Of a stretch of 64,000 bases of DNA, positions 37,815 through 50,514 are shown in pieces; positions within the stretch are counted from its first letter, which is position 1, and the number at the start of each line of letters is the position of its first letter. The notes under the pieces are model-generated. The model searched no databases and was not told the DNA's origin. It worked only from the letters and a program-made list of their open reading frames with translations. A program made the position numbers and the translations under genes. The DNA comes from Laetmonice hystrix. Taxonomy: Eukaryota. The stretch lies in contig OZ249438.1 in NCBI GenBank assembly GCA_965235115.1, positions 37,448,001 to 37,512,000 on the forward strand, in the 5' to 3' direction.

Positions 37815-38376
37815 CTGTAAAGAAAATTACTCTGATGGAAGAAAAACTCGGCAGTGAATGATGACAGTTGGCAGTGGCAATATTTCAGCAGAGTTTCGGT
37901 CGGCATAGCGAAACGTTATTTGTGTAGTCGACTCTAATTACCAAAGTGGAAGTGGAAGTAATCACGTTGGTTAATGCGGCCGGTATTTTGATAGGTTTAT
38001 TGTCGGAAACGTAACGGTCGGGAAGCGTGTCAGGGTAAATCAATAAGAGATGTCAGAAATACTTTCGGTTGGTAAATATTTATGTGCTACCTTCAATATC
38101 AAGGCCCCGGATTTATAAATGTGCAGTGTTTATGTTTAAAATGATTTTTCGTGTTCTTTTATCTGTTCCCTTGGGTGTTTGGGTGTGGATTATTTCCGAG
38201 TTATTTGTTCTGTCATTTTCATTAATATTGTTTAATGAAGATACATTTCCTGGTGTTTGTAAGCCTGGTCTCGTATTGTGTGTGTCGGTAAGGGAGAGTA
38301 ACAGCCAGACTGCCGCCTGGTGACGGCTGGGTGTAGTTTAGGTGATGGCCATGTACTGGTCCGTGTGACCCTTACA

Positions 38377-39650
38377 AATAACTCTCACCAAACGTAGGGG
38401 GCAGACACCTCCAGCCTGGCCACACAAAATACTGTAATACGGCTGGGGTTAAATAACTCTCACCAAACGTAGGGGGCAGACACCTCCAGCCTGGCCACAC
38501 AAAATACTGTAATACGGCTGGGTTTCAATAACTCTCACCAAACGTAGGGGGCAGACACCTCCAGCCTGGCCACACAAAATACTGTAATACGGCTGGGCTT
38601 CAATAACTCTCACCAAACGTAGGGGGCAGACACCTCCAGCCTGGCCACACAAAATACTGTAATACGGCTGGGCTTCAATAACTCTCACCAAACGTAGGGG
38701 GCAGACACCTCCAGCCTGGCCACACAAAATACTGTAATACGGCTGGGCTTCAATAACAGTTTTACTCTCACCAAACGTAGGGGGCAGACACCTCCAGCCT
38801 GGCCACACAAAATACTGTAATACGGCTGGGTTTCAATAACTCTCACCAAACGTAGGGGGCAGACACCTCCAGCCTGGCCACACAAAATACTGTAATACGG
38901 CTGGGTTTAAATAACTCTCACCAAACGTAGGGGGCAGACACCTCCAGCCTGGCCACACAAAATACTGTAATAGGGAGCCGAAGTAGGTCACGAGATATTG
39001 CGTACGCGATAAACGTCGATTTTGTTGACACGTCATTATCGCTCACGCTTGTTTAGCATTGCGCCGGCCATAGGGAACGGCGACTGTCAACTTCAACTTC
39101 TGATTTCTCTGTAATTATGCTGCCCCTAGTAATAAAACCTTCCCAGATATTTGTATCAACCTGTTTTATGCTTGAATAGATAATTTTTATACATAACAAC
39201 ACAAAAATCTTCAAGACTAGGCCGATCTTTGGAACGATGTCTCTTCATCCTATGTTAAACCAATGGGGAAATTTGTGACGTAACATTTGGGTGTCAACAT
39301 TGACGCTCCATTTGTACCTCCTATCCAGAAAATCCGTAACTGTGTCACGAGACTTCGGCGCCCTATACGGCTGGGCTTCAATAACTCTCACCAAACGTAG
39401 GGGGCAGACACCTCCAGCCTGGCCACACAAAATACTGTAATACGGCTGGGCTTCAATAACTCTCACCAAACGTAGGGGGCAGACACCTCCAGCCTGGCCA
39501 CACCAAATACTGAAATACGGCTGGGTTTCAATAACTCTCACCAAACGTAGGGGGCAGACACCTCCAGCCTGGCCACACAAAATTTAATGCTTTAATACGG
39601 CTGGGCTTCAATAACTCTCACCAAACGGAGGGGGCAGACACCTCCAGCCT
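38377..39650. repeat. Minisatellite, 75-bp unit, split by the TIR insertion at 38972-39364
   Basis: ~8 copies left and ~4 copies right of AATAACTCTCACCAAACGTAGGGGGCAGACACCTCCAGCCTGGCCACACAAAATACTGTAATACGGCTGGGCTTC. Confidence 0.95.
38972..39364. mobile_element. 393-bp non-autonomous TIR element inserted in a minisatellite (possible ISL2EU/PHIS type)
   Basis: 13-bp TIRs AGGGAGCCGAAGT / ACTTCGGCGCCCT (1 mismatch). It interrupts the 75-bp repeat unit at ...gtaAT|acgg..., duplicating AT. Confidence 0.75.
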
Positions 39651-39728
39651 GCCTGTTTATAATATGAGAGCTTGTCATTTTGTCGTACTTTCAATAAGTT
39701 TATAATATGAGAGCTTGTCATTTTCTCA

Positions 39729-40011
39729 GGTTACATTAGGAAGTGTGTTGGCAGTAAGGTTATGTGTGGGACTCTGGTTACATTGGGGAGTGTGTTAGTG
39801 GGCAGTAAGGTTATGTGTGGCACTCCGCTTACATTGGGAAGTGTGTTAGTGGGCAGTAAGGCTATGTGTGGCACTCCGGTTACATTGGGAAGTGTGTTAG
39901 TGGGCAGTAAGGTTATGTGTGGGACTCCGGTTACATTGGAAAGTGTGTTAGTGGGCAGTAAGGTTATGTGTGGCACTCCGGTTACATTGGGAAGTGTGTT
40001 AGTGGGCAGTA
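39729..40011. repeat. Minisatellite, 51-bp unit
   Basis: ~5.5 copies of GGTTACATTGGGAAGTGTGTTAGTGGGCAGTAAGGTTATGTGTGGCACTCC. Confidence 0.94.
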
Positions 40012-41140
40012 CGTCAAGGGGTCAACACGGTCGATTTCCGATATCTGGTAATGTAACTCCTGAATAATAAGAATTTAACTCATATTCTGGTCATTTATAA
40101 ATAGAAGGCCAATAGGCCTAGATGATGAAGGCAATAACGCCAGCGGATGAGAAATACTGCATGGGATGAAACGATATATTGAAATCGTAAAATTACATCT
40201 GTGAGCGTTTGTGTATTTGTTCTGTAAAAGATATATTTGAATGACCATCCTGAAAAAGCAGAATGAGATGGTATTAGGTCTCGGGATGCGGCATGAAATG
40301 GCCATTAGGCCACAAACAGAAATGGATCCCGTCAGATGTGATCTAAAACCACGCATATAAACTGGAACTGTTTGATTGGCCGGTCATAACCGGGGCCGTT
40401 TCATTGGCCGGTCGTAACCATAACGTTAAGAAACCCGTCATTTACACCGGGATCTGATTGACCGAGCACCGCCCACGACGTATTGCATTCTGGGAACTTA
40501 TCTAAACGGTAGGGGGCGCTGCGGTGGCGGTTAGCAATTAAAGGCCGGGAGATGATTACCATTGGTAGAGGGAAGGGGGTCACAAATTATGGTCGTGTAG
40601 CCGGTGCCAATGACGACTGACATAAGTTGTCATGGTGGGTGGGGGTGTATTTATTCCACAATTACCGTTTATTTGTCTCGGTCAGAATACTAAGCCTGTA
40701 GTTATTTGCCTTTGATGAGCGCCGATCGATTAGAAGCACTACTTCCCCATGAAACCTTGTGCCGACTTGCTATTTCTGCTCAGTTCATATTGAAGCAAGT
40801 GATCAGAGAATGAAGAGATTTTAGATGACATTGCCGTAATAGTTGAACCCGTGTGAGGGCTGGGCTCCGTTCAGTAATTTACAACTGGTATCAGTGTAAA
40901 ACGTTGGATCCTACTCGAACGCTGACCTATTTAATGTGACACCTAACAAGGAAATCCGGATTAGGGAGCGGACGAATGACAGGGATAGCTTCCCTGTTGT
41001 CATGACAATGGCATTAGGAAGTAGGTGTACAGCAGCAGGCTGTTAGATTCGGTTTATTAATACGTTACGATGCCGTGTTCCTATGTTAGAATTCTCACTG
41101 ACCCTTGGGGAAATCACGTTTCATTCTGACTGCTGATACT

Positions 41141-41141
<1 letters not shown>

Positions 41142-41177
<36 letters not shown>
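41142..41177. repeat. (CAG)12 microsatellite
   Basis: 12 perfect CAG; no coding context seen. Confidence 0.92.
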
Positions 41178-41179
<2 letters not shown>

Positions 41180-41603
41180 GTTTCTGCTCCTGTTGGCTCA
41201 AAGGACATCACAAATAGCTTATGTAAGACCCAATAGGAAATCAAGGGGGAAGCTTTGCTAACAGTTGTAGCCATGGAAATACGAAAATACAAATATATCC
41301 AACAGCTCCGCGTGCCTTTGTAAATGCCTTTGTAAGAAATATATAATTACAAATATACACCAGAGATAGACGTAGGCAGACCAACAGTAGGTCAATGGAC
41401 TGCACGTACTCGAGTACCATGATATTATTGTTGGCAGTTGTACTATGGTGGTTCAGTGAGAACTAGTTCTTTGATAATATCCGCTTCGAAGGTTTTTTAA
41501 GGAACTTTTCTTTGGTAAGGTCCGTAAGTCTTTAATTATGAATGTACATGTACATCAGAATTGTAGGATATCGGAAGTTTCTTCCAAATTGTTTCTTACC
41601 AAA

Positions 41604-44600
41604 TTTAGTACAGTGGGAATATAGGGTGGGGACTGAAGGATGTCGTTTAGTATAGTGGGAGTGTAGGGTGGGGACTGAAGGATGTCGTTTAGTATAGTGG
41701 GAATATAGGGTGGGGACTGAAGGATGTCGTTTAGTATAGTGGGAGTGTAGAGTGGGGACTGAAGGATGTCGTTTGGTATAGTGGGAGTGTAGGGTGGGGA
41801 CTGAAGGATGTCGTTTAGTACAGTGGGAGTGTAGGGTGGGGACTGAAGGATGTCGTTTAGTATAGTGGGAGTGTAGGGTGGGGACTGAAGGATGTCGTTT
41901 AGTATAGTGGGAGTGTAGGGTGGGGACTGAAGGATGTCGTTTAGTATAGTGGGAGTGTAGGGTGGGGACTGAAGGATGTTTAGTAGAGTGGGAGTGTAGG
42001 GTGGGGACTGAAGGATGTCGTTTAGTAGAGTGGGAGTGTAGGGTGGGGACTGAAGGATGTCGTTTAGTATAGTGGGAATATAGGGTGGGGACTGAAGGAT
42101 GTCGTTTAGTATAGTGGGAGTGTAGAGTGGGGATTGAAGGATGTCGTTTAGTATAGTGGGAGTGTAGGGTGGGGACTGAAGGATGTTTAGTATAGTGGGA
42201 GTGTAGAGTGGGGACTGAAGGATGTCGTTTAGTATAGTGGGAGTGTAGGGTGGGGACTGAAGGATGTCGTTTAGTATAGTGGGAGTGTAGGGGGGGGGGG
42301 GACTGAAGGATGTCGTTTAGTATAGTGGGAGTGTAGGGTGGGGACTGAAGGATGTCGTTTAGTATAGTGGGAGTGTAGGGTGGGGACTGAAGGATGTCGT
42401 TTAGTATAGTGGGAGTGTAGGGTGGGGACTGAAGGATGTCGTTTAGTATAGTGGGAGTGTAGGGTGGGGACTGAAGGATGTCGTTTAGTATAGTGGGAGT
42501 GTAGGGTGGGGACTGAAGGATGTTTAGTATAGTGGGAGTGTAGGGTGGGGACTGAAGGATGTCGTTTAGTATAGTGGAGTGTAGGGTGGGGACTGAAGGA
42601 TGTCGTTTAGTATAGTGGAGTGTAGGGTGGGGACTGAAGGATGTCGTTTAGTATAGTGGGAGTGTAGGGTGGGGACTGAAGGATGTTTAGTATAGTGGGA
42701 GTGTAGGGTGGGGACTGAAGGATGTCGTTTAGTATAGTGGAGTGTAGGGTGGGGACTGAAGGATGTCGTTTAGTATAGTGGGAGTGTAGGGTGGGGACTG
42801 AAGGATGTCGTTTAGTATAGTGGGAGTGTAGGGTGGGGACTGAAGGATGTCGTTTAGTATAGTGGGAGTGTAGGGTGGGGACTGAAGGATGTTTAGTAGA
42901 GTGGGAGTGTAGGGTGGGGACTGAAGGATGTCGTTTAGTATAGTGGGAGTGTAGGGTGGGGACTGAAGGATGTCGTTTAGTATAGTGGGAGTGTAGGGTG
43001 GGGACTGAAGGATGTTTAGTAGAGTGGGAGTGTAGGGTGGGGACTGAAGGATGTCGTTTAGTATAGTGGGAGTGTAGGGTGGGGACTGAAGGATGTCGTT
43101 TAGTATAGTGGGAGTGTAGGGTGGGGACTGAAGGATGTCGTTTAGTATAGTGGGAGTGTAGGGTGGGGACTGAAGGATGTCGTTTAGTATAGTGGGAGTG
43201 TAGGGTGGGGACTGAAGGATGTTTAGTAGAGTGGGAGTGTAGGGTGGGGACTGAAGGATGTCGTTTAGTATAGTGGGAGTGTAGGGTGGGGACTGAAGGA
43301 TGTCGTTTAGTATAGTGGGAGTGTAGGGTGGGGACTGAAGGATGTCGTTTAGTATAGTGGGAGTGTAGGGTGGGGACTGAAGGATGTCGTTTAGTATAGT
43401 GGGAGTGTAGGGTGGGGACTGAAGGATGTCGTTTAGTATAGTGGGAGTGTAGGGTGGGGACTGAAGGATGTTTAGTAGAGTGGGAGTGTAGGGTGGGGAC
43501 TGAAGGATGTCGTTTAGTATAGTGGGAGTGTAGGGTGGGGACTGAAGGATGTCGTTTAGTATAGTGGGAGTGTAGGGTGGGGACTGAAGGATGTCGTTTA
43601 GTATAGTGGGAGTGTAGGGTGGGGACTGAAGGATGTCGTTTAGTATAGTGGGAGTGTAGGGTGGGGACTGAAGGATGTCGTTTAGTATAGTGGGAGTGTA
43701 GGGTGGGGACTGAAGGATGTCGTTTAGTATAGTGGGAGTGTAGAGTGGGGACTGAAGGATGTCGTTTAGTATAGTGGGAGTGTAGGGTGGGGACTGAAGG
43801 ATGTCGTTTAGTATAGTGGGAGTGTAGGGTGGGGACTGAAGGATGTCGTTTAGTATAGTGGGAGTGTAGGGTGGGGACTGAAGGATGTCGTTTAGTATAG
43901 TGGGAGTGTAGGGTGGGGACTGAAGGATGTCGTTTAGTATAGTGGGAGTGTAGGGTGGGGACTGAAGGATGTCGTTTAGTATAGTGGGAGTGTAGAGTGG
44001 GGACTGAAGGATGTCGTTTAGTATAGTGGGAGTGTAGGGTGGGGACTGAAGGATGTCGTTTAGTATAGTGGGAGTGTAGGGTGGGGACTGAAGGATGTCG
44101 TTTAGTATAGTGGGAGTGTAGGGTGGGGACTGAAGGATGTCGTTTAGTATAGTGGGAGTGTAGGGTGGGGACTGAAGGATGTCGTTTAGTATAGTGGGAG
44201 TGTAGGGTGGGGACTGAAGGATGTCGTTTAGTATAGTGGGAGTGTAGAGTGGGGACTGAAGGATGTCGTTTAGTATAGTGGGAGTGTAGGGTGGGGACTG
44301 AAGGATGTCGTTTAGTATAGTGGGAGTGTAGGGTGGGGACTGAAGGATGTCGTTTAGTATAGTGGGAGTGTAGGGTGGGGACTGAAGGATGTCGTTTAGT
44401 ATAGTGGGAGTGCAGGGTGGGGACTGAAGGATGTCGTTTAGTATAGTGGGAGTGTAGGGTGGGGACTGAAGGATGTCGTTTAGTATAGTGGGAGTGTAGG
44501 GGGGGGACTGAAGGATGTCGTTTAGTATAGTGGGAGTGTAGGGTGGGGACTGAAGGATGTCGTTTAGTATAGTGGGAGTGTAGAGTGGGGACTGAAGGAT

Positions 44601-47417
44601 GTCGTTTAGTATAGTGGGAGTGTAGGGTGGGGACTGAAGGATGTCGTTTAGTATAGTGGGAGTGTAGGGTGGGGACTGAAGGATGTCGTTTAGTATAGTG
44701 GGAGTGTAGGGTGGGGACTGAAGGATGTCGTTTAGTATAGTGGGAGTGCAGGGTGGGGACTGAAGGATGTCGTTTAGTATAGTGGGAGTGTAGGGTGGGG
44801 ACTGAAGGATGTCGTTTAGTATAGTGGGAGTGTAGGGGGGGGACTGAAGGATGTCGTTTAGTATAGTGGGAGTGTAGGGTGGGGACTGAAGGATGTCGTT
44901 TAGTATAGTGGGAGTGTAGGGTGGGGACTGAAGGATGTCGTTTAGTATAGTGGGAGTGTAGGGTGGGGACTGAAGGATGTCGTTTAGTATAGTGGGAGGG
45001 TAGGGTGGGGACTGAAGGATGTCGTTTAGTATAGTGGGAGTGTAGGGTGGGACTGAAGGATGTTTAGTATAGTGGGAGTGTAGGGTGGGGACTGAAGGAT
45101 GTCGTTTGGTATAGTGGAGTGTAGGGTGGGGACTGAAGGATGTCGTTTAGTATAGTGGGAGTGTAGGGTGGGGACTGAAGGATGTTTAGTATAGTGGGAG
45201 TGTAGGGTGGGGACTGAAGGATGTTTAGTATAGTGGGAGTGTAGGGTGGGGACTGAAGGATGTCGTTTAGTATAGTGGGAGTGTAGGGTGGGGACTGAAG
45301 GATGTCGTTTAGTATAGTGGGAGTGTAGGGTGGGGACTGAAGGATGTCGTTTAGTATAGTGGGAGTATAGGGTGGGGACTGAAGGATGTCGTTTAGTATA
45401 GTGGGAGTGTAGGGTGGGGACTGAAGGATGTCGTTTAGTATAGTGGGAGTGCAGGGTGGGGACTGAAGGATGTCGTTTAGTATAGTGGGAGTGTAGGGTG
45501 GGGACTGAAGGATGTCGTTTAGTATAGTGGGAGTGTAGGGGGGGACTGAAGGATGTCGTTTAGTATAGTGGGAGGGTAGGGTGGGGACTGAAGGATGTCG
45601 TTTAGTATAGTGGGAGTGTAGGGTGGGGACTGAAGGATGTCGTTTAGTATAGTGGGAGGGTAGGGTGGGGACTGAAGGATGTCGTTTAGTATAGTGGGAG
45701 TGTAGGGTGGGGACTGAAGGATGTCGTTTAGTATAGTGGGAGTGTAGGGTGGGGACTGAAGGATGTCGTTTAGTATAGTGGGAGTGTAGGGTGGGGACTG
45801 AAGGATGTCGTTTAGTATAGTGGGAGTGTAGGGTGGGGACTGAAGGATGTTTAGTAGAGTGGGAGTGTAGGGTGGGGACTGAAGGATGTCGTTTAGTATA
45901 GTGGGAGTGTAGGGTGGGGACTGAAGGATGTCGTTTAGTATAGTGGGAGTGTAGGGTGGGGACTGAAGGATGTCGTTTAGTATAGTGGGAGTGTAGGGTG
46001 GGGACTGAAGGATGTCGTTTAGTATAGTGGGAGTGTAGGGTGGGGACTGAAGGATGTCGTTTAGTATAGTGGGAGTGTAGGGTGGGGGCTGAAGGATGTC
46101 GTTTAGTATAGTGGGAGTGTAGGGTGGGGACTGAAGGATGTCGTTTAGTATAGTGGGAGTGTAGGGTGGGGACTGAAGGATGTCGTTTAGTATAGTGGGA
46201 GTGTAGGGTGGGGACTGAAGGATGTCGTTTAGTATAGTGGGAGTGTAGGGTGGGGACTGAAGGATGTCGTTTAGTATAGTGGGAGTGTTGGGTGGGGACT
46301 GAAGGATGTCGTTTAGTATAGTGGGAGTGTAGGGTGGGGACTGAAGGATGTCGTTTAGTATAGTGGGAGTGTAGGGTGGGGACTGAAGGATGTCGTTTGG
46401 TATAGTGGAGTGTAGGGTGGGGACTGAAGGATGTCGTTTAGTAGAGTGGGAGTGTAGGGTGGGGACTGAAGGATGTCGTTTGGTATAGTGGAGTGTAGGG
46501 TGGGGACTGAAGGATGTCGTTTAGTATAGTGGGAGTGTAGGGTGGGGACTGAAGGATGTCGTTTAGTATAGTGGGAGTGTAGGGTGGGGGCTGAAGGATG
46601 TCGTTTAGTATAGTGGGAGTGTAGGGTGGGGACTGAAGGATGTCGTTTAGTATAGTGGAGTGTAGGGTGGGGACTGAAGGATGTCGTTTGGTATAGTGGA
46701 GTGTAGGGTGGGGACTGAAGGATGTCGTTTAGTATAGTGGGAGTGTAGGGTGGGGACTGAAGGATGTTTAGTATAGTGGGAGTGTAGGGTGGGGACTGAA
46801 GGATGTTTAGTATAGTGGAGTGTAGGGTGGGGACTGAAGGATGTCGTTTAGTATAGTGGGAGTGTAGGGTGGGGACTGAAGGATGTCGTTTAGTACAGTG
46901 GGAGTGTAGGGTGGGGACTGAAGGATGTCGTTTAGTATAGTGGGAGTGTAGGGTGGGGACTGAAGGATGTCGTTTAGTATAGTGGGAGTGTAGGGTGGGG
47001 ACTGAAGGATGTCGTTTAGTATAGTGGGAGTGTAGGGTGGGGACCGAAGGATGTCGTTTAGTATAGTGGGAGTGTAGGGTGGGGACCGAAGGATGTCGTT
47101 TAGTATAGTGGGAGTGTAGGGTGGGGACTGAAGGATGTCGTTTAGTATAGTGGGAGTGTAGGGTGGGGACTGAAGGATGTCGTTTAGTATAGTGGGAGTG
47201 TAGGGTGGGGACTGAAGGATGTTTAGTACAGTGGGAGTGTAGGGTGGGGACTGAAGGATGTCGTTTAGTATAGTGGGAGTGTAGGGTGGGGACTGAAGGA
47301 TGTTTAGTAGAGTGGGAGTGTAGGGTGGGGACTGAAGGATGTTTAGTATAGTGGGAGTGTAGGGTGGGGACTGAAGGATGTTTAGTAGAGTGGGAGTGTA
47401 GGAAGAAGGATGTCGTT
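41604..47417. repeat. Large G-rich minisatellite, 42-bp unit (39/41-bp variants), ~5.8 kb
   Basis: ~140 copies of TTTAGTATAGTGGGAGTGTAGGGTGGGGACTGAAGGATGTCG. Confidence 0.98.
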
Positions 47418-48424
47418 CATGTCCACTGACGGATTGCATGCTGGTGCGGGGAAACAAACAGAAGAGTGCTCCAAGCAGATAGACAAATTGTTATTGGTGT
47501 TGTCGTCAGCTCTGCCTGGCTGAATGGCTTGCTGGCCAGTAGCTGACGAGGTCAGTAAAGGTCGTAGCTCTCAGACAGCGGCCTGCTGATGAACTGGTTG
47601 GTGTGGTACTCATCAACGCCAACCAGGACATTACAACCACACACGGACTAGTCCGTAACATGCCGGTATTATCGCTCAGACCTCCGGTACGAGGACATCG
47701 GTCCCCAGTCCACACCCACTCCTGTTAACTTCCCTACTCCAACCGCCATGTTTGGGATATTGGCAACACTTGTTTACAAGGTGGCCCTGGAATGTCCCAA
47801 TATGTCATCCTTACTCGTTATGCCTTGCTCCAGCCTTCGTGTAGCCGCCCTCACTGAAAACCCCGCCCTTTCTTCTTAAAGGGGGCGTGAGCTATAGATA
47901 CATGTCATTGAAGATCACGTGTGTGACATCTCACAATTTGCTTCGAATCTAGAAATTTCAACGGGAGATTTGCAAAAAGATTTCCAGACAAGATTTCTGA
48001 TCCCCTTTTTACCCTTTCGATGTTGCATGCGATTTAACGAAAGTGGCTGGTCGGTCCCAGAGCCGTTAGTAAGATAGATCTCCAGAATGGGGACTATTGA
48101 AGTAGTGTTAAGGCCCTAAGAGGCTAAGATTTCAGGGGTTCAGGGAGGCAGCTTTGTGAGAGATTGAAGGTCGGTGGCATGGACCAGTCCCTGGCAGGGA
48201 CCCTGGCCCGAGGCTGGTGGACGGTCCGCGGCCCCAGCTGTCGCCGTCTGGTATCAAACATCAATTGATCGTCAGAAATAAAAAAGCCTTGTGTGGCCGG
48301 ATTGAGGAGTAGCCTTTAAGAGCGGTGGCAAGGCTGAGCGTAGAGTTGGTGGGGTTGGGGCCAATTGATCGGCGTTCGCTCGGCTCTGTGGTGAATGGGA
48401 GGGGGTGGCAGGGGTGGGGGTGGG

Positions 48425-48640
48425 TGGTCGCAAGTCTCAGATCCCACACACTCCACGGTTACAGGTCCTCGGTCCTCGGCACCCCCCTCAACACTCCACG
48501 GTCGCAGGTCCTCGGTAACCCTCTCCCACTCTCCGGTCGCAGGTCCGCGGTCCTCGACACCAACCCGCACACTCCCCGGTCGCAAGTCCTTGGTCCTCGA
48601 CACCAACCCCCACACTCCCCGGTCGCAGGTCTGATGTCCT
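48425..48640. repeat. Degenerate ~40-bp tandem repeat
   Basis: ~5 diverged copies of CACACTCCCCGGTCGCAGGTCCTCGGTCCTCGACACCAACCC. Confidence 0.75.
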
Positions 48641-49564
48641 CGGAGCGAACTGAGGAAGTCCAGCCACACCTACACAGGCAGATAAGAGACCCACGTAACA
48701 TTGTGACCCCCCCCCCCCCCTCCCGGCCCTCCTTGCTCAAGCCGACTTTACACAAGTAGCTTCATTTCGAGAAACCACCCCCACCCCTCTTCCAGCGTGC
48801 ATGCTACGACTTTCTAGCTTCCATTAAACCATCCTGACCGGCCACCTGCCTCCCCCACCCCCCCACCCCCCGGCCCCCCACCCCCACCCCTCCGGCGGCC
48901 GCTCCTCCCGTAGACGGTAGATAGAAGAACATTGATTGCAGCGTGTCTGTGAAGGATTGCCATCAGCAGCTGAATGACAAGTACTAGCAGACATTCCAAG
49001 CAAGGACAGTCAGAGCGCATGGCTAGCTGTTAATGGGGGTCTCAGCTGACTGCAGCAGAGGCGGCGCTGGCAGTCTCGAGAATTGACGAGGTTAGAGCCG
49101 CCTCTATCGACCGCCATCCACTCTGGGGTAGAGAGCAAAGTTTGCGATTTGGCTGAGAGAGGAAGAAGTACATATAACTGTGCGGGTGATCTGGTCTGAG
49201 TGGTCGATGACAGTGGGTGTATGGGAGGAGTACAATGCAGTGATCAGTGCAGGGCCGGACCCCAGGTGGTGGGTTTAGTACCCAATCCGTCATGTCGGTG
49301 TCAATGCCAACCTCTCACTCACTGCTTCCGTACGACACAACGTGCAGGCCGAGCTGACAGCCAGCGACTGACTCGTAGAGTTAAAGACGTCAGTGGTGGC
49401 TGGGGTGGATCCTGATGGAAGTTTGGCGCCTCCACACATCCAGGGACAGAGTCAGTGGTATGAGTGGGTGTGAGTTGAGGTGATCAGGGAGGGACAGTTG
49501 ACACGCACGTACACAGGAGTTCTGGAGGACGCCCTGTGGACGTACCGTGGACAGCACGCCGACC

Positions 49565-49665
49565 GCTGCTGCTGCTGCTGCTACTACCAATGCTGCTGCT
49601 GAAGCTGCTGCTGCTGCAAGCGGGTGCCCAGCCCAGCCCTGCCCAGCCCTGCCCAGCCCGAGCCG
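49565..49665. repeat. (GCT)n and (GCCCAGCCCT)n low-complexity tract
   Basis: Interrupted GCT runs followed by ~3 GCCCAGCCC units. Confidence 0.75.
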
Positions 49666-50375
49666 CCACGGCATTGGCCCAATCCGAAGGACAATATTAG
49701 GCTGGCGGTGTGTACACAGAGGCGTGTCCACAGTGATTGCGTTCTCTTATGACCCATGTTCCAGCGCCCCGATGATTGTAACTGGCGCTGCCGTCCCAGT
49801 ACAAACCTACCATTACGTCCAGGAGGTGTTGTCACACTGGACAGCGCCCAGCCTCCAGCCGGCACTGTGTTTACAGACGGCCTACTCCAGCCAGTGTCAC
49901 TGACTCAGATTTAAAGGCACTGTGGAAGGACGAGATGGGCCTGCACGGAGAGCAAACAGAGGGTGGGCCGGGGGCGTGCTGACAGCAGGGGTTTGTCAGT
50001 GCCACGGTATGGGGCCAGGTAGTTGATGGAAGAATGCCCGTCACACGTGGTGTGTGGAACTGTTAGACCGGGACCAGCGGCCCCCGACCACCGGGGAGTG
50101 TGGAGGACCGGCGGTTGCCTGAGACTGACGGAGTGCACGCCGCCCGGCTCCCCCGGAGGGACAACTATTGACCGCCGGCCGCCCGGTTCGTTACGGCTCA
50201 GTGAACATTAGCTATACACATGTTTGATCAGGGCCGGATCCTAGCATCATCATCATCATTACACTGACGCTACCGACGCCTGCTGACGCTACCGCTGTAT
50301 CCGCTGTCTCTACCACCGCAGGTGCCTGCTGAGAGGATGGCGCCACAAAGGAGATTTATTCTCACCACCGTGTAG

Positions 50376-50389
50376 CTGTGCTGAAGGAG
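50376..50389 (+). CDS. Candidate 14-nt microexon (x-V-L-K-E) upstream of the LNS exon
   Basis: ttctcaccaccgtgtag|CTGTGCTGAAGGAG|gtgtat. Phase 1 in and phase 0 out fits the phase-0 acceptor at 50515. The length equals the G-K-G-P-E segment that precedes TLFAG in vertebrate neurexin. The donor is weak. Confidence 0.25.
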
Positions 50390-50514
50390 GTGTATGTGTG
50401 ACTATGGCCGGGGTGTCCTCTCCCCCTCCTCCCGGCCGTCCCCTCCTCCTCCCGCCGGCATTCACCGTCACCTGGAGACTTGTGTTTACCGTACTCTACC
50501 TTGTGTCCTTGCAG

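Noticed and set aside
41142-41177. (CAG)12 as a polyglutamine exon
   Set aside because: It is not embedded in a credible reading frame with splice sites and is a plain microsatellite.
47520-47655. Short minus-strand coding-looking frame (SVCGCNVLVGVDEYHTNQFISRPLSESYDLY*); a similar one lies at 59340-59490
   Set aside because: No recognisable homology or convincing splice context, so a nested antisense gene cannot be supported.
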